In this document: piece by piece, positions 1-13,639 of the stretch
Layout of the letters: every line of letters begins with the position of its first letter
How positions within the stretch are numbered: position 1 is the stretch's first letter
NCBI RefSeq assembly: GCF_964204645.1
Contig: NC_134027.1
Location: forward strand, 17,570,560 to 17,634,559
DNA: 64,000 bases
Direction: 5' to 3'
DNA from: Tubulanus polymorphus
Lineage: Eukaryota; Animalia; Nemertea
Position numbers and translations under genes: made by a program
Notes under the pieces: model-generated
What the model was told of the DNA's origin: nothing
What the model saw: only the letters and a program-made list of their open reading frames with translations
The model's database searches: none

Positions 1-1157
1 TCCCATAGTCAGTAACCTGTCTGTGGTTTAGTTTCATGATCGATATTTTCACAAACTACAGTCAGGAATGGGAAGGTCATTTTTCAATGAAATCTTCGTG
101 AGTCAATTTGACTCGCGAGTAATTTGCCTGGCATTTTCTGGTCTTTTGAGATATCTGTCTAATTTTTGTTGTAATCAACGCACGACAGATTTGTACTTTG
201 TTTGATACCTATAACACCTCACCTGACGATCTTAATCCATGTGCAAATGGGCCTTAAAGTGAGAGTAAATTTCCGTCAATTCAATTGCGGCCATTTTGAA
301 AACTTGTGGAGGGTGCTGGCACCTGTGGACTGAGGCCAGGACAACAGCACAAACTAATAAAACGAAACGACGAAATAGAAAAAATTAAGAAATCAACACT
401 ATTTCACATTTTTCTTCATCCAGAATTTATGATTTCATTATTTATCATGGAAAGCACGAAAGATTTGAAATACATGTTGGAAAACCATCAAAAATAAAAA
501 TTGTCGTTTCGTCTTGGAAGTTTTATATAAATCCTTGTAGGTCACCTTGGTTATCATGCCATATGTATGCAATACAGAGAAATGGTGGCCAATGGCGGAA
601 TTTGAGGAGAAATTACATGATTTCTCAAAATAATGTTGATTAATCGCTCAAAACATTCATAAATTTTGAATATTTCGAAAGGTACCTGTGTTAGTTTGTG
701 AATTAGGCCATTATTTGTGGACTGAAGTGAATAGAAAGTATATTTTGTGTTAGTTTGTTCAACCATGTTTTGGCCCTTGTCATCCCTAACGTTGGTATAA
801 GCCCATCCGATTATAAAAAGCTTACCACCAACGATTAGGTAACTAACTAGAGCATCCCAATGCAATTGCAAATTGACCCCGATTTGGTGTGGTGGGGATA
901 CCACGTCCCATCTAAATGGGCCTTCACTGTCCTGACTACATGGTCGCCTACGATCTCCATCGCCTTCCTGCGGTAGTGTATACCCACAAAGTCATTGTCA
1001 GCTAGGTCAGGGTGGTCGATATGGGTGAAACCTGCTCTTACTGAGTCGACATTTATGCGGTCCGTCATGTATTCGTGAACTACATAACATTTCAGGGCAG
1101 CATGATCCGTGCATACCAGAAATGGTTTGCCCAGAAGGTAGTTTCAGAAGTAAATGA

Positions 1158-2440
1158 TCATGTCGACCTCGGTTTCAGTTTCATACCCGCAGCCCAGAAA
1201 CATGAGAAAACCTCAGCCAATTTGTCAAGGTGAGATGTAAGGTCTGCCGATTGGACGATAACATCATCCAGGTAAATCAGGGCAGTCTTCCAGGAAACTC
1301 TAACCAGGGCCATAGACATCAGGCAAGTGAAACATGCCAGCATGTTGGTCACACCAAAAGGCATCACATTCCACTCATACATCTTATTCTCCAGAAAAAC
1401 GCAGTCTTGTATTTATCCTCCTCTTTGGTGGGAACCTGCCAATATCCACTAGTCAGATCAAAGGTAGAAAACCAAGACGAACCAGACAAGTTCTTAAGCA
1501 GGCCATCTATAAGACCGAGCGGTGGACTATCCTTGATAGTACAATCGTTCAGCTTCCTATAGTCACAACAAAGTCTAAGGTTACCGTCAGCTTTACTTGC
1601 AAGTACAATTGGGCTTGCCCAAGCAGTACTGGAGGGGCGAATTAGGGCGTGCTCCAGTATAGCTCTCCAGTGTACCCCTCAACAAATTCCCGACGACCAG
1701 GGGAAGTCTCCATGGTTGCTGTTTTCCCGGCTTTGAATCTCCTGTTGAGGCTGGGCACGTTTAACTACTCTAGTAGGGACTCAAAGTGTTGCCCCCACCA
1801 GGCGGAACAATGTCCCGTTTACAACTCCCATTGGCAACCGTAAGAATCTCCACAGACTGCAGTAGGTTGAAACAGCCAATTGGCTCACCATGCCTGACCC
1901 TTAGCGGCGCGTCCGAGAAGTTTGCTATCCTTACCCCGTTGTATCCTGTTGTTCTGCGGTGTGACCAAGGTCTTACCCGTGCAGAATTGAGTACGCTTAC
2001 TCCCCTCAATCATACTCGGCATGGAATTGTTTTGACCAAACCTTTTCTTTAAGTGGCCGGCAACCACCATCTCACTAATCAGCGAAAATTCGACAACAGC
2101 TTGGGAATTGAGAATTCTGTTGAAGGGGTATCTCACTCAGGCCCCACTGCAGCACGTGGCGTGAGAAATCCAGAACACAGTTATGATGCAGAAAGAAGTC
2201 ATTACCCAGCAAACAGTCTTCTGAAATCTCGTCGGTACAAACCATAGGTACCTGAAATTTCAGACTGACAGGGCCTGCCCATTTGCTGTAGTAAGGTTCC
2301 CAACTATCCCGACTCAGCCCCTAGGCTGGCTTCCCACACTGAAGATCTAAGAATGGTACCGAGGCCCCAGTATCCAAGAGGATCAATGCTGTTGCCCTCG
2401 TGTTAACCAAACCCGCAACTTAAAGCCCAGTGTCCTGGAC
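1158..2440 (-). pseudogene. Gypsy/Ty3 LTR retrotransposon pol fragment (protease and RT), degraded
   Basis: Aspartic protease motif ILLDTGAS at about 2360-2385 (minus). RT motifs YEWNVMPFG and IYLDDVIV in ORF 1158..1382. Multiple stops and frameshifts. Confidence 0.85.
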
Positions 2441-2719
2441 GCAAACGTGGTGAGTTTCATGGTCATTGGGTTTTGCATATGGTCAGCAGGGGGTGTTGAA
2501 TAGTTGAATAACTTAATTATACCCTATTGTTAACTAGGCATATTTTATCATAATCAATTACCAAAATCATAGCTGCTGACATGTTCTATGATTGTGGTGA
2601 GTTTCAAGGTCATTGTTTTTGTATATGATCACCAGGGGGTGTTGAATATTGAAATTGTTAGATCGTTGAGCATTTGAAACAACTTCCCAAGTGGACATGG
2701 TGTCCCTGGACCCCGAGTT

Positions 2720-3225
2720 CCAGTGTCAAGTCAATTTCTCTGAGTAATCTTTCTCTTTTTTTGGTATCTGTTATACTGAAAACTATTTGATCATGAAGCA
2801 TTGAGTCATGTAGGTCACCAAAACTGCAGGTTTTTGCGTTTAGCCTCAATTCTGTATAAAACAAGTCGAAATATTCTCCAGATTTTTGGAGATGGCTTCG
2901 GAATATGTAGCGTTCCTAAGTTTCATTCTTTTTAGGAGAACAGTATTTGCCTTATTGATTGCCTTCGAATCAATTCCCCGATCACCGTCTGTTATATCGA
3001 ATGTGTTGTACAGATCAGTTGCCGCCTGGCCAGCCACCGTGAGAAACAGCACGATTTTTCTCTTATTGGAAAAATCATTGGTCTCAATGGATCATATACA
3101 GTTCGAACCGTTGCTTAAATTTCTCCCAGTTATGGTTCACATTACCCTCTAGCACCAACGGGTCTGGATGTTTAATCGCATCCATTGTATCGTCTTATTT
3201 TTTGGGAATTACATTCCTGGTACCA
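2720..3225 (-). pseudogene. Second Gypsy-type element: gag fragment with putative primer-binding site
   Basis: Minus strand reads MDAIKHPDPLVLEGNVNHNWEKFKQRFELY...LFLTVAGQAATDLYNTF...AKTCSFGDLHDSMLHDQIVF, a typical gag N-terminus. TGGTACCAGGAATG (PBS-like) lies at about 3212-3225. Confidence 0.7.
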
Positions 3226-3670
3226 TATAAACAACTCGTTTATGGTGTTTTAAGATGGCCGACGCCTTTATTTTCCATCCTGCATCCTTCAAGTGTATTC
3301 ATAGATGGCGCGTTGATATTGAGGTTGCTAGGTGACGCCAGCGTCGGTAAGCTGAAGAGAAATTCTGCTCCGTGGATTTTGCACTGTTTCTTAGGTTTTT
3401 CACTTGTGTACAGTAAATGACGCAGTAAATTATTGAAACACTAAGACTGCTGATCCAGTACTGCATGAGTGCGTGAGTGTTATAATAATGCCTGTACCGC
3501 TGATAGTGCTGTATGTTCATGCTGATTTTAGGATTACTGGAAAACAAAATGGCGGATTTCTAGTCATCACATGGCAACAACAAACACTGCGCCTCAGCTT
3601 ATTCGTAGTAGCAGAAATCAGTGAGAATATACTTCCACACCAATTTCTAGATCAAATGATCCGAGTTTAA

Positions 3671-4030
3671 CACTTATTAAAACACAAGAAAATAGGCCTA
3701 CCGATAAAGCAAGGGCACCTGATGGTAGTGATAATACAGATCACTATCTCATTATGGGTTGAACAGTACAGGCCCTACATCTAAACAGTATTACATCAAC
3801 ATAGACCGAGTAAAGAATTCGAACATTTCTTGGATTTTAGTGAGATTTTTCGTGGATTTCACTTATTAAAACACAAGAAAATAGGCCTACCGATGAAGCA
3901 AGGGCACCTGATGGTAGTGATATTACAGATCACTATCTCATTATGGGTTGAACAGTACAGGCCCTACATCTAAACAGTATTACATCAACATAGACCGAGT
4001 AAAGAATTCGAACATTTCTTGGATTTTAGT
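3671..4030 (+). repeat. Local direct duplication, about 171-bp unit at 189-bp spacing
   Basis: cacttattaaaacacaag...ggattttagt occurs at 3671-3841 and again at 3860-4030, nearly identical. Confidence 0.9.
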
Positions 4031-4835
4031 CAGTGGATGGTAAACCTGAAATAAGTGAACACATTCAGTCGTATTTTCATATTTATAACTGATAAATATG
4101 AAGATAATATTGGGTCGATATCCACTACACATATACCATAACGGCTCTAAGAGTAATTTATACTTACGTTCACAAATCGCACCTTTTAAATCATCTGAAA
4201 TTGTTTGAAATGGAACCAAATCACGATAAATTCAGATGTTTTTAATCGTCGCACCTAGAGAAGATGGCTCCAGAAACAATTAAGTACACAATTTGATTAT
4301 CCGGGATTATAACGGCGAGAAGAGGCCGTACTAACATGGCGGACTATTCACTATGCCGCTAATTTGCGCTGTTTAGAGGCTTACAAGGACTAAAGGGTGA
4401 GGGTCTGATGAAAAACCTGCGCAGGTCAATGTGGCGTAGTGTACTTGTGATACAACATGGTTTTGCCGACTGCAAACATAATAGGACGTAAGTTGCGGTA
4501 GTTAATATCCTTCTAGTAACATCCAGAACGAAAAAGAGAAAAAATGTCACTACAATAATACAGTTTCTGCGAAAGCAGCAGAAACTCTAATAATCAGTGC
4601 AATTACAATAGGGTTTCTGGGAAAGCAGCAAAAATCCTAATAATAGTAATAAATATAGCTGCAAAGCACCGATAACGGGTTTTCTGCACAGTCTTAGAAT
4701 CATGTTCAACGGTCAACACTGTTTAATAGAAGGAAGGTAGACAAAAGTGGAAAAAGGAGCATTTCAATATTTCAATATGGTGTTGTATAAACTCTAGTTT
4801 ATTAACCTTCTAACACTTCCAACATTGTTTTCCAG

Positions 4836-5009
4836 ATTACAAATGTAAATCTAGTGAGTACCAGTGTGAAAACAGAATGTGCATCTCTAGCCACAAAAAA
4901 TGTAATGGTCTCAAAGATTGTCCAAAAAATGAAGATGAAAGATATTGCTTTAATGATGAAAATGAAAATAGAATTCATGGTGAAAATGGAGGAGGAAGTT
5001 ATTCAAATG
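4836..5009 (+). CDS. Host gene exon encoding an LDL-receptor class A (LDLa) domain
   Basis: Acceptor ttttccag. Frame reads YKCKSSEYQCENRMCISSHKKCNGLKDCPKNEDERYC (six Cys, DCxxxxDE pattern). Probable donor G|gtaatc; phase 1 at both ends. Not present in the ORF track in this frame. Confidence 0.75.
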
Positions 5010-5068
5010 GTAATCTATCCGGCAATCATGAATGTTTGTCTTGATACGTAGTTTTCATGTGCATTTTA

Positions 5069-6838
5069 TTAGCCCACTTGGTACTTTAGTCTCAGCGGGC
5101 TATTGCGTTCACTTTTTGTCCGTCGTCCGTCCGTCAGTCCGTAGTCGGAATCCAGTTGCGAAGTTTTGAAGATGCTTTAATGTAATGTATTGATATTTTG
5201 GTTACACATGTATCTACCCTAGACACATCTTCAGCCCAAAAACTGGCCCGGTCAGAATCAAGATGGCTGACTAGCAGCCATTGTTGTTCGCCAAGTCAGC
5301 ACGTTTTACACATTTTCAAATTTTTTAAGGGAAATTTTGAAGTTGCTTTGGTCAATTACCTTGATCTTTCGTATATATTTGAATCCCCCAAGGGCCCATC
5401 AGCATAAGAAATATTGGGTCGATTGGACTCAAGATGGTTGTCCAATGACCTTTTTAGTGCCCAAAAATGTCAATTTTGGCCTGAATTGTGAGTCCTGTAG
5501 CTTCCTACTGGTTTGCCATTTCTCATTGCATTTTGTGATGGGTATTCTTTGGAAATGGATGCTTTATACCGTAGACTGGTATTTTTGATCAGCCAATTAT
5601 GGTGCAATTGGTGGCCATCTTTACTCATTCGTATGTGGGAAAAAGTTTTAGCCCACTTGGGACTTAAGTCCCAGCGGACTATTGCGTTCATTTTTCGTCC
5701 GTCATCCGTCCATCCGTAGATGGAATCCTGTTATCTTGGGAAGTTCTGAAGACGCTTCAATGTAATGTCTTGATATTTGGGTTACACATGTATCTACCCT
5801 AAACACATGTTCAGTCCAAAAACTGGCCCTGTCGGAATCAAGATGGCTGATTGGCAGCCATTGTTGTTTGCCAAAATCAGCACTTTTACACATTTTTGAA
5901 CTTTTTGAGGGAAATTTTGAAGACGCTATTATTAATTAGCTTGATCTTTCGTATATATTTGAATCCCCCAAGGGCCCATCAACATATGAAAAATTGGGTC
6001 GATCGGACTCAAGATGGCCGTCCCATGACCTTTTTAATGGCCAAAAATGTAAATTTTGGCCCAAATTCTGAGTCCTGTAGCTTCCTACTGGTTTGCCATT
6101 TCTCATTGCAATTTGTGATGGCTATTCTTTGGAAAGGGATGCTTTATACCTGAGACATGTATTTTTGATCAGCCAATTATGGCGCAATTGGCAGCCATCT
6201 TGGCGTCATCAGTACTCATTCGTAGGTGGGGCAAAAGTTTTTCCTCATTATATTGATACCTAAGCATATTGTGTTACCACAATGTATTGGAAAGTTGTAG
6301 CTCATAACGTTTTCTAGTATTTTGGTGAGTTTCAAGGTCATTGCTTTTTGTATATGGCCACCAGGGGGCATTGAATAATACAATAGCTTAGTATTTCCAA
6401 ATTATATTTGTACCTCCGCATATTTTGTTACCACATTCAATTGCAAAGGTGAAGCTCATGACATCGTCTATGATTGTGGTGAGTTTCAAGGACATAAGTT
6501 ATTCTATATGGTCACCAGGGGGCATTTAATAGTAGAAGAACTTTGTACCCACGCATATTTTGTTACCACAATCAATTGCAAAGTTGTAGTTCATGACATG
6601 TTCTGTGATTGTGGTGAGTTTCAAGGTCATTGGGTTTTGCATATGGTCACCAGGGGACGTTGAATAGTAGAATAACTTAGTATTTCCTTATTAAATTGGT
6701 GCGTAGGGCTATTTTGTTACCGTGATCCATTGCAAAGTTGTAGTTCGTGACATGTTCGCTGATTGTGGTGAGTTTCAAGGTCATTGGGTTTTGCATATGG
6801 TCACCAGGGGGCGTTGATTAATACAAAAAACTTAGTAT
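5069..6838 (+). mobile_element. Helentron-like non-autonomous element (HINE) family A, two heads in tandem plus internal array of about 154-bp units
   Basis: 5' tt-agcccacttgggacttaagtcccagcgggct hairpin followed by (cgtc)n at 5069 and about 5648. Repeated unit gtggtgagtttcaaggtcattgg...ggtcaccagggggc. Interrupted at about 6839. Confidence 0.7.
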
Positions 6839-7665
6839 TTAGAGTTTTCTGTTACATCACAGAAAACCCTATTGAGATTCGCGTGTTTCTTATTATTATT
6901 ATTTTATGTCACACTATTTTCACTAAAATAACAAAGGCTTTGTTACCTTGCCGCTGTTGTCGATACAATCCATATGATATCGTTCAGCTCACTGAGATCT
7001 ACAAATACTCCGCGTGTTTTTTCACGAATCATAGTTACAAAAGCACTGTCGATCGTAAACATCGAAAATTTAGCCCCATTCAAAGAGCCGACATGTTTTT
7101 CGAAGTCGTCTTTCCGAAATCTACCGCACGTTTCTTGTCACGTCAATTATCAATTCAAGCATAAATTAACATATTTATTACCCAAACATTGCACATTCAG
7201 TCGCGGTTTTTAAAAACTAATTTAAACAATAGCCCTTTTCCTCATCAAATCATATTACCGATACACAGGAATTCCCGACATTCTCCGGCGGGCGAGAGTT
7301 AAAAACTTTCATGATCTACGAGATGAGAAAAAGAGAGAAAAAACAAACCTACATCAGTTTAAATTTTTACAGTCACGTTGAATCGAGACGTCTATAGTCA
7401 CGAATAAACCCACAATCTCCATCCATTCCACATTGATGATCACGATTGACCATATAGATAACCAATTAAACACACGCAACACTAACTATCGCTTACTCTC
7501 CACGTTCGTCCTCTGAGGCACAAGAAGTATCATCTCTTAAGTAAATATGTCGGATACACTCCAGCGCATACCCGGCAGCTTTCCTCCTAGAGCGACGAGA
7601 GTTAATCCGGACCTGACCTACATCCTCCTGCATGTCCTGAATTTCCGGTGCTGAAACAACTGAGT

Positions 7666-10600
7666 TCAATTCACAATTTCCAGAGGCACTAATTTCGTAA
7701 TCGGCCGGTTCATCGTACCATTTGCAGTTTTAAGGGTGGCAGACCTAGGGACCCCATCTTTCCCTAGAATCACATCAGTCACAACACCCAGCTTCCACTT
7801 TATCCTAGGAGAATCATCCTGGATGTGAACTAAGTCACCCTTTTGAATTGTGATATTATAGTTACCTGATTTCAAGTAACGCTCTCTCAACGAGGTAATT
7901 TATTCAGAGCGGTACCTGCGCCATAACCTTTGAAATACACAACTCGTGTGTTTCATACGAGCAGTGAGTGTATCTCGTGTAACGAAATCAGGATCTGTCA
8001 GAAAACTAGAATCAACTCGTACATGTGGAAGGTTAACGATACACCGTCCGTAAATTAAATGGGAGGGAGTAATCGGTTCCGGATCGCCGGAATCTGATGA
8101 CATGTATGTAAGGGGCCTATCGTTTACTACTCCTTCAATCTCGGTAACGATTGTGGTCAATTCAGTACTGTTTACAAGAGAACGGCCCAAGGCCTTTTTG
8201 AGGCACGTTTTAACGATTCCTACGAGACATTCCCAATAGCCGCCCATCCAAGGTGCTCTCTTAGGGATAAATTTCCAATCGACTCCTTCTTTTGACAATT
8301 CGTGAGTCAAGTGCGGGGACTCTAATAATTGTTTGATTTCAGATGAGGCAGACTCAAATGTCGTAGCATTATCTGACATCATTCTCTGAGGACATCCTCG
8401 CCTACTCGCAAACCGCCTAAAAGCGTGCATGAACATATCAACGGTCAAATTTGATACGACTTCGAGATGAACGCCCCTAGTGACCGCGCAAGTAAACAGA
8501 CAAATATAAAATTTGTCCGGGTCATCTCTAACGATGATTGCACCGGTGAAATCAACACCACAAATCATAAACGGCCGAGCTTCGCATACCCGTAATGATG
8601 GTAAAGGTGGAATAGGTGGTGTCCTGTAACTTTTACCGATTACTTTTTTACAAATTACACAACGCCGTATTATCATTTTTACTACTTGTCGCGCATGAGG
8701 GACCCAATATTTCTGCCGCAAAGTCGTAACGGTCTGAGCTACCCCCATATGTTTCGCTTTTTCGTGACTGTTCCAAACGATAAGCGTTGTGAACGCATCT
8801 GACGACGGTAGAAGCGCGGGAAAACGCGTTTCCGGTGATAGATCGCAATTATGAATACGACCCACTGATCGCAAAATCTTATCTTGATCTAAAAACAATC
8901 TGAGTTGTTTAATCAAAGGATATAACCTGGCGCTTTTACTCGATTATAAACAATCAATTATGGCACTGAAATGCACAGCTTGTGTCTGTTTAACAAGCAT
9001 CAACTCAGCTTTGTGTATCTCAAGAAAATGTAAAGGAGATATAATCGCTTCTCGAAATTTCAAATATCTGACAAAACGCAAAACATGTGCCATTACATGC
9101 TTTACCTCCCACAAAGAGGAATACCTTGACACGTCAACAATAGCTGGATCAAGCTCAGACTCAGACTTAGAATCAGCCACGATTAGAGATAAGCATTCCA
9201 ACTCAAATGAACCACACCTTTGTATTTTAGGCCAATCATCCTTATGTGTTATCCAATCTGGACCATTCCACCACAATCCACAATTCTCAAGCGTGGAAGC
9301 ATCGCAACCTTGACTCAATATATCACTCGGATTGTCATGCGATGGAACGTACATTCAGTGACCCCCTGAAACTTGTTCCTTGATGATTTTCACCCTATTT
9401 TTTATGAAAACAGGAAGTGATTTAGTTGACTTAATCCATCCAAGGGTTACCAAACTATCAGACCAGAGATATATATCTAAGTCCAATTCTGAGCTATCAA
9501 CAACCTGTTTAGCGAGCTGTGATGCTACGACTGCAGCTTACAATTTTAAACGCGGTATGGAAATTGGTTTTGTCGGTGCTACTTAACTTTTGGCGAGAGC
9601 AAGATAACAGGCCAACAACTGTGGAAAACAAAGATATGCACTTGCACTGTATGCCTTCGAAGACGCGTCAGCGAAGACATGTAATTGCTGTGGACCCGAA
9701 TTTGCCGCTGATATGGGCATCTACGTACACTTATCAAATCAACTGCTCATTGCAGATCTCGAATGATGGGCAACCATGAATCCATAGTGGCTGAATTGAG
9801 CGGTTCGTCCCACTCAGTGCCAAGTGTCCAAAGATTTTGCATGAAAATCCTGGCTTTAATTGTAACAGGAGCAATTAGACCTAAAGGGTTATACACTTTA
9901 CTGGCATCACTGAGAATTTCTCGTTTGGTCGCAAAATTAGATGTAAATTTTAATTTTGTTGAGAAACTCAAACAACCTGTGATACAATTCCAAAGAAGTC
10001 CTAAAAACTTGATTTCCTCTGATTGATCTAAGACATTCTTGGATCTTGCATGTTCACGAGTGGAAGCGCAATTCGTAGCCCACGAACGAAGATTGAACTC
10101 GGCGTTAGACATAATATCGCGACTCTCGTAGAAGTAATGATCCATCTGATCGGAGGTGGAAAGAGAAATACCAAAATTGTCCACGTATACGTTCTTGAGC
10201 ATTTGATTGGCTACAATTGTTTTGTATTGTGACAAATGTTTGATAACGGTAGTATTCAAGATGAAAGGAGATGATGAACTACCAAACAATACTACTCTAA
10301 ACCTATAATGGACAAAACTGCTCTCAGGATCAGATGGATCAATTAACCAGAGAAAACGCGTGTAATTTTTATCTTCATCAGCAAGCAAAATTTGGAGAAA
10401 CGCTTTTTCTAGATCTGAAGTAGCTGCATATTCGAATAGCCTAAACGGAATAAGAACAGAGATGATATCTTGCGGCAATGCAGGCCCCGGTTCTAAACAA
10501 TCGTTTAAGCTACATGCTGTAGTGCATTCGCGGCAACTACAGTCATAAACAATGCGCACGGGCGTCGTAGTCGACTCGCGGAAAACCGGGTGATACGGTA

Positions 10601-11400
10601 TATAGTGCGCGGATGAGTGGTCATTATCCTCTGCGAGTTGTACCAACTCAATAAAACCACGTAATTCTTGATCCAATATCAAATCAGAATATAAACTGAA
10701 TAAATGTGGATATTTAGCTAATTTACGTGCAGTAGCACGAGTACGAGCAGAACAAATTGCGATATTCGATGGCAGAGTACCAAAATTGTCCTTCCATGGG
10801 AATGGTGCTATGTACCGACCTTCTTCATCCCTAGTGATTGTGCTGTTATACCTATGCATGAATTCAGAATCAGGACCGCCTGACAATTCAGATCTGCCTT
10901 CGGACCGGAGAGAACATACCCAACTTTAGTTTTGACTGCAACAGGGTCTAAATCAGTCAATCCCCGAATGAACTGATAATACTGGTCAGCTCCAATAAGG
11001 ATTTGAATATCAAAATCCCCTCCCGATGAGCACGGGTGACTAGCAAAATTCAACTCAGCAAAAGTGGTACAATTTTGGACCTCTTCCAACGAAGGCACAA
11101 TCAAAGATGTTGTGATTTTTGGTTTCACAATAAATCAACTAATACCGACTCCGATGGATCGATGCACTGAACGGAGAGTCGCACTACGTCCCATGCCCGA
11201 CATTCGACAAATTGCGCACCGAACCCTGACAAATCGACAATTTCGTGCCGTATAGGCTGCAACTCAAGTAACTCTGTTAATGGTTCGGATATAAAAGATC
11301 GTTGAGCCCCATCATCAAAAACAATATTAGCGAGCGTACTTGTATTTCGATTATGTATATCAAAAACCTTAACGAGGGCAGTTTTTAAAATTACACGTTT
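7666..11400 (-). pseudogene. BEL/Pao pol (protease, RT, RNase H, integrase), frameshifted
   Basis: Protease IVFDDGAQRSF (about 11290-11330), ILIGAD. RT DLEKAFLQI and YVDN. RNase H HVFADASSKAY. Integrase GVDFTG, SDNATTF, PWMGGYWE. C-terminal WKLGVV...RPITKLVPLE. Confidence 0.92.
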
Positions 11401-11513
11401 TGCATATTTGTTAGCAGTTGTTTACCCTGATTTACTCGATTGCGCGGTCTGGGAGTATGTGGCGAACGGACGTGACTGGGCTGCGTATCAAAAACCTTAT
11501 CCACTCTACCAGT

Positions 11514-12746
11514 TTACTCTGAAATTTGCATATTTTGAGAGTTAGTATTTGAATTGCTACTGAAATGTCCAGGACATATGCTGCTATGATGTTTACGTTT
11601 ACATAACTTGCATGAGAATTTAGAACTGCACTCAGAAACACGATGTGGCCCTAAACAATTGTAACATAGTCTATGTCTTTGAACGAAAGCAACACATTGG
11701 TCGCATTTGACAAATTGAGTACACTCATTCGTAAAATGTAATTTCGACTTACAGTACGTACACATCCTTGATGAACCTGTAGGTATAGAACTGGAAGCTT
11801 TATTTTTACTAGTCGTCAACAATGCGATGGCTGATGACTCTTATTCTTTCACCGTCGTGTCTAATACTTCTAATTCATGACCAAGTAATTCTTGAATTTC
11901 TAACGAAGTGAACTTTTGATTACCGTTGAATCTGACTATGCTCACCCTCATTTCAGACGGAAATTTGTTCCAAAGTATAGAAACAAGCATATCGTTAGAA
12001 AATGTAGAATCAGACTGTGTGGAATCTTGCAATGACTCCAACGATCTTATGTGACTCTCAACATTATCCCTGAATTTTCTCATAGAAATTGAATTATTTT
12101 TTGGGGTAGGTTCTGCCATTAAAGCCTGCATATGAGCATCTTGAACTTTATGTGTTTGGCCGTAGCGAGAAATTAAAATGTCAATAGCTTGCTGATAGTT
12201 CTTATCACATAAAGTCAACCCTTCGATGCATGCTAACGCAGGTCCGGTCAGGAGGGATCGGAAATACTGAAATTTCTGCACGGTCGGAATCTGCGAATTA
12301 TGAATCACTGACGAAAAAGCATCCCAAAATGACAACCATTGCAGAAAATTCCCATCGAATTTGGGTAATGCCAGTTTAGGGAGATTCGCGCTCTGCGTAA
12401 CGTTCGGACCTGGTGGTGGGGAACTATTGTGCAAAAGTTCATCAATATATTGTTCATAAAACAACTTACGATCGATTGTTCCAGTGAGACTCGATTCTGC
12501 CTCCTCCGATGCAGCGTAGTACTTTTCATCGTCAGCAATGCCGTCCAGAATCTGCTTGTTGAGTTCTTGAATCTTCTCGATTCTCTGCTGCAGTAATTTT
12601 GTATTTCTCTGGATTTTCAGAAGGTCTGGACGCAGTCTGGTTCTTGAATTGACGATCTCGTCGGTGGCGTTGACCAGTTTTGTGGCTTGAGTTCTATGCG
12701 CTGCTCTATATCTCATTAACTTTTTGCTTGGTTCTGGATCTGCCAT
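11514..12746 (-). pseudogene. BEL/Pao gag (DUF1759-like region plus Cys/His zinc knuckles), premature stop at 11841
   Basis: LPKLALPKFDGNFLQWLSFWDAF; CTYCKSKLHFTNEC, CYNCLGPHRVSEC, CKLCKRKHHSSIC. Confidence 0.9.
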
Positions 12747-12774
12747 CTTCTTCAGTATTGTAAACTATTCACAA

Positions 12775-12788
12775 GGCTCGAGGGACCA
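12775..12788 (-). promoter_or_regulatory. Primer-binding site (tRNA-Tyr-like)
   Basis: TGGTCCCTCGAGCC directly downstream of the LTR, resembling the complement of the tRNA-Tyr 3' end. Confidence 0.7.
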
Positions 12789-12791
12789 AAA

Positions 12792-13133
12792 TGTGGTGGC
12801 TGACTGTAACACTCTTCCTTAGGTGGCGGTGAAGAGACAGACAGAAGTCAACTCTGGTTGTTGATATATGTAGAACTGATTTTATTGCAGAATAGTAAGA
12901 CTTTTATAAGCCAAGCTGTGAATGGTACAGTCACAAATTGATATACACTACTGAATTTGAATACATTTAATCCTGAAAACTCTGAATTACCAATGATATG
13001 AAAACTATTGTCAATTGAATAACAGGCTAGAGGATAAGTGGTTCGTACTACCATGAGTTTGTACTGTTGTACTTATACATTATTAATATAAATCTAACAT
13101 TGAAAACCACCGAACTAATATCGATTCCCGACA
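12792..13133 (-). repeat. BEL/Pao 5' LTR (342 bp)
   Basis: Starts TGTCGGGAAT (identical to the stub after the PPT) and ends ACA, 3 nt before the PBS. Confidence 0.75.
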
Positions 13134-13639
13134 AAAAGTATTAAGTATTTCGTTCAATGGAACAGAATTGTTTTCATTCAAACATTTGTCGAAAAAAATT
13201 GTTTTCGCTCAACCAAATTTTTTGCCGGGACAAAAAGGTTTTTCATTTCAACAATAACATAGCTTTTTATTCGAACACATTCTTTTGTCAGAATGAAGAA
13301 AGGTTTTGGTTCAAACAAAAAGTGTATTGTTCAATCAAACAGAATCATTTTCATTCGAACAAGATTTTTGTCGGAACATTAAGTTTTTTGTTCGAACAGA
13401 TATATTGTTCGATCGAAGCGTTTTTCGTTCCAAAGAGCAAAATTCTGGTGGAACTAAATAGTCTTTTCGTTACAATGTGTAATCTTTATTCGAACAAAAT
13501 AATCTTCTCATTCGAACACAAAGGTATAATCTGAACCTGAGTTTACTGTGTATCCAATATCCATATTATCCCTTTCAGGTTGAAGCTCATCTTCCATGTT
13601 TCTGACCATGAACGGAACAGCTTGTTTAGGTCGTTTTGG

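Larger units (their letters stand above)
7271..13133 (-). mobile_element. BEL/Pao LTR retrotransposon, near full length but pseudogenised
   Basis: Domain order gag, protease, RT, RNase H, integrase. 5' LTR TGT...ACA at 13133-12792, PBS, and purine-rich cgccggagaa followed by a 10-bp 3' LTR stub tgtcgggaat at 7280-7271. Confidence 0.92.

Noticed and set aside
4330-4495. Upstream exon or signal peptide of the LDLa gene
   Set aside because: A gtaagt donor exists near 4488, but the open frame leading to it is the wrong phase and has no convincing signal peptide.
6320-6838. Regularly spaced repeats resembling a CRISPR array
   Set aside because: Whole units of about 154 bp are similar along their length with no unique spacers, no cas genes are present, and the context is eukaryotic.
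5198-7213. Short ORFs in HINE repeats (also 36760, 42077, 43942, 45594)
   Set aside because: They are chance frames in multi-copy non-coding repeats, have no domain motifs, and are not conserved in frame between copies.
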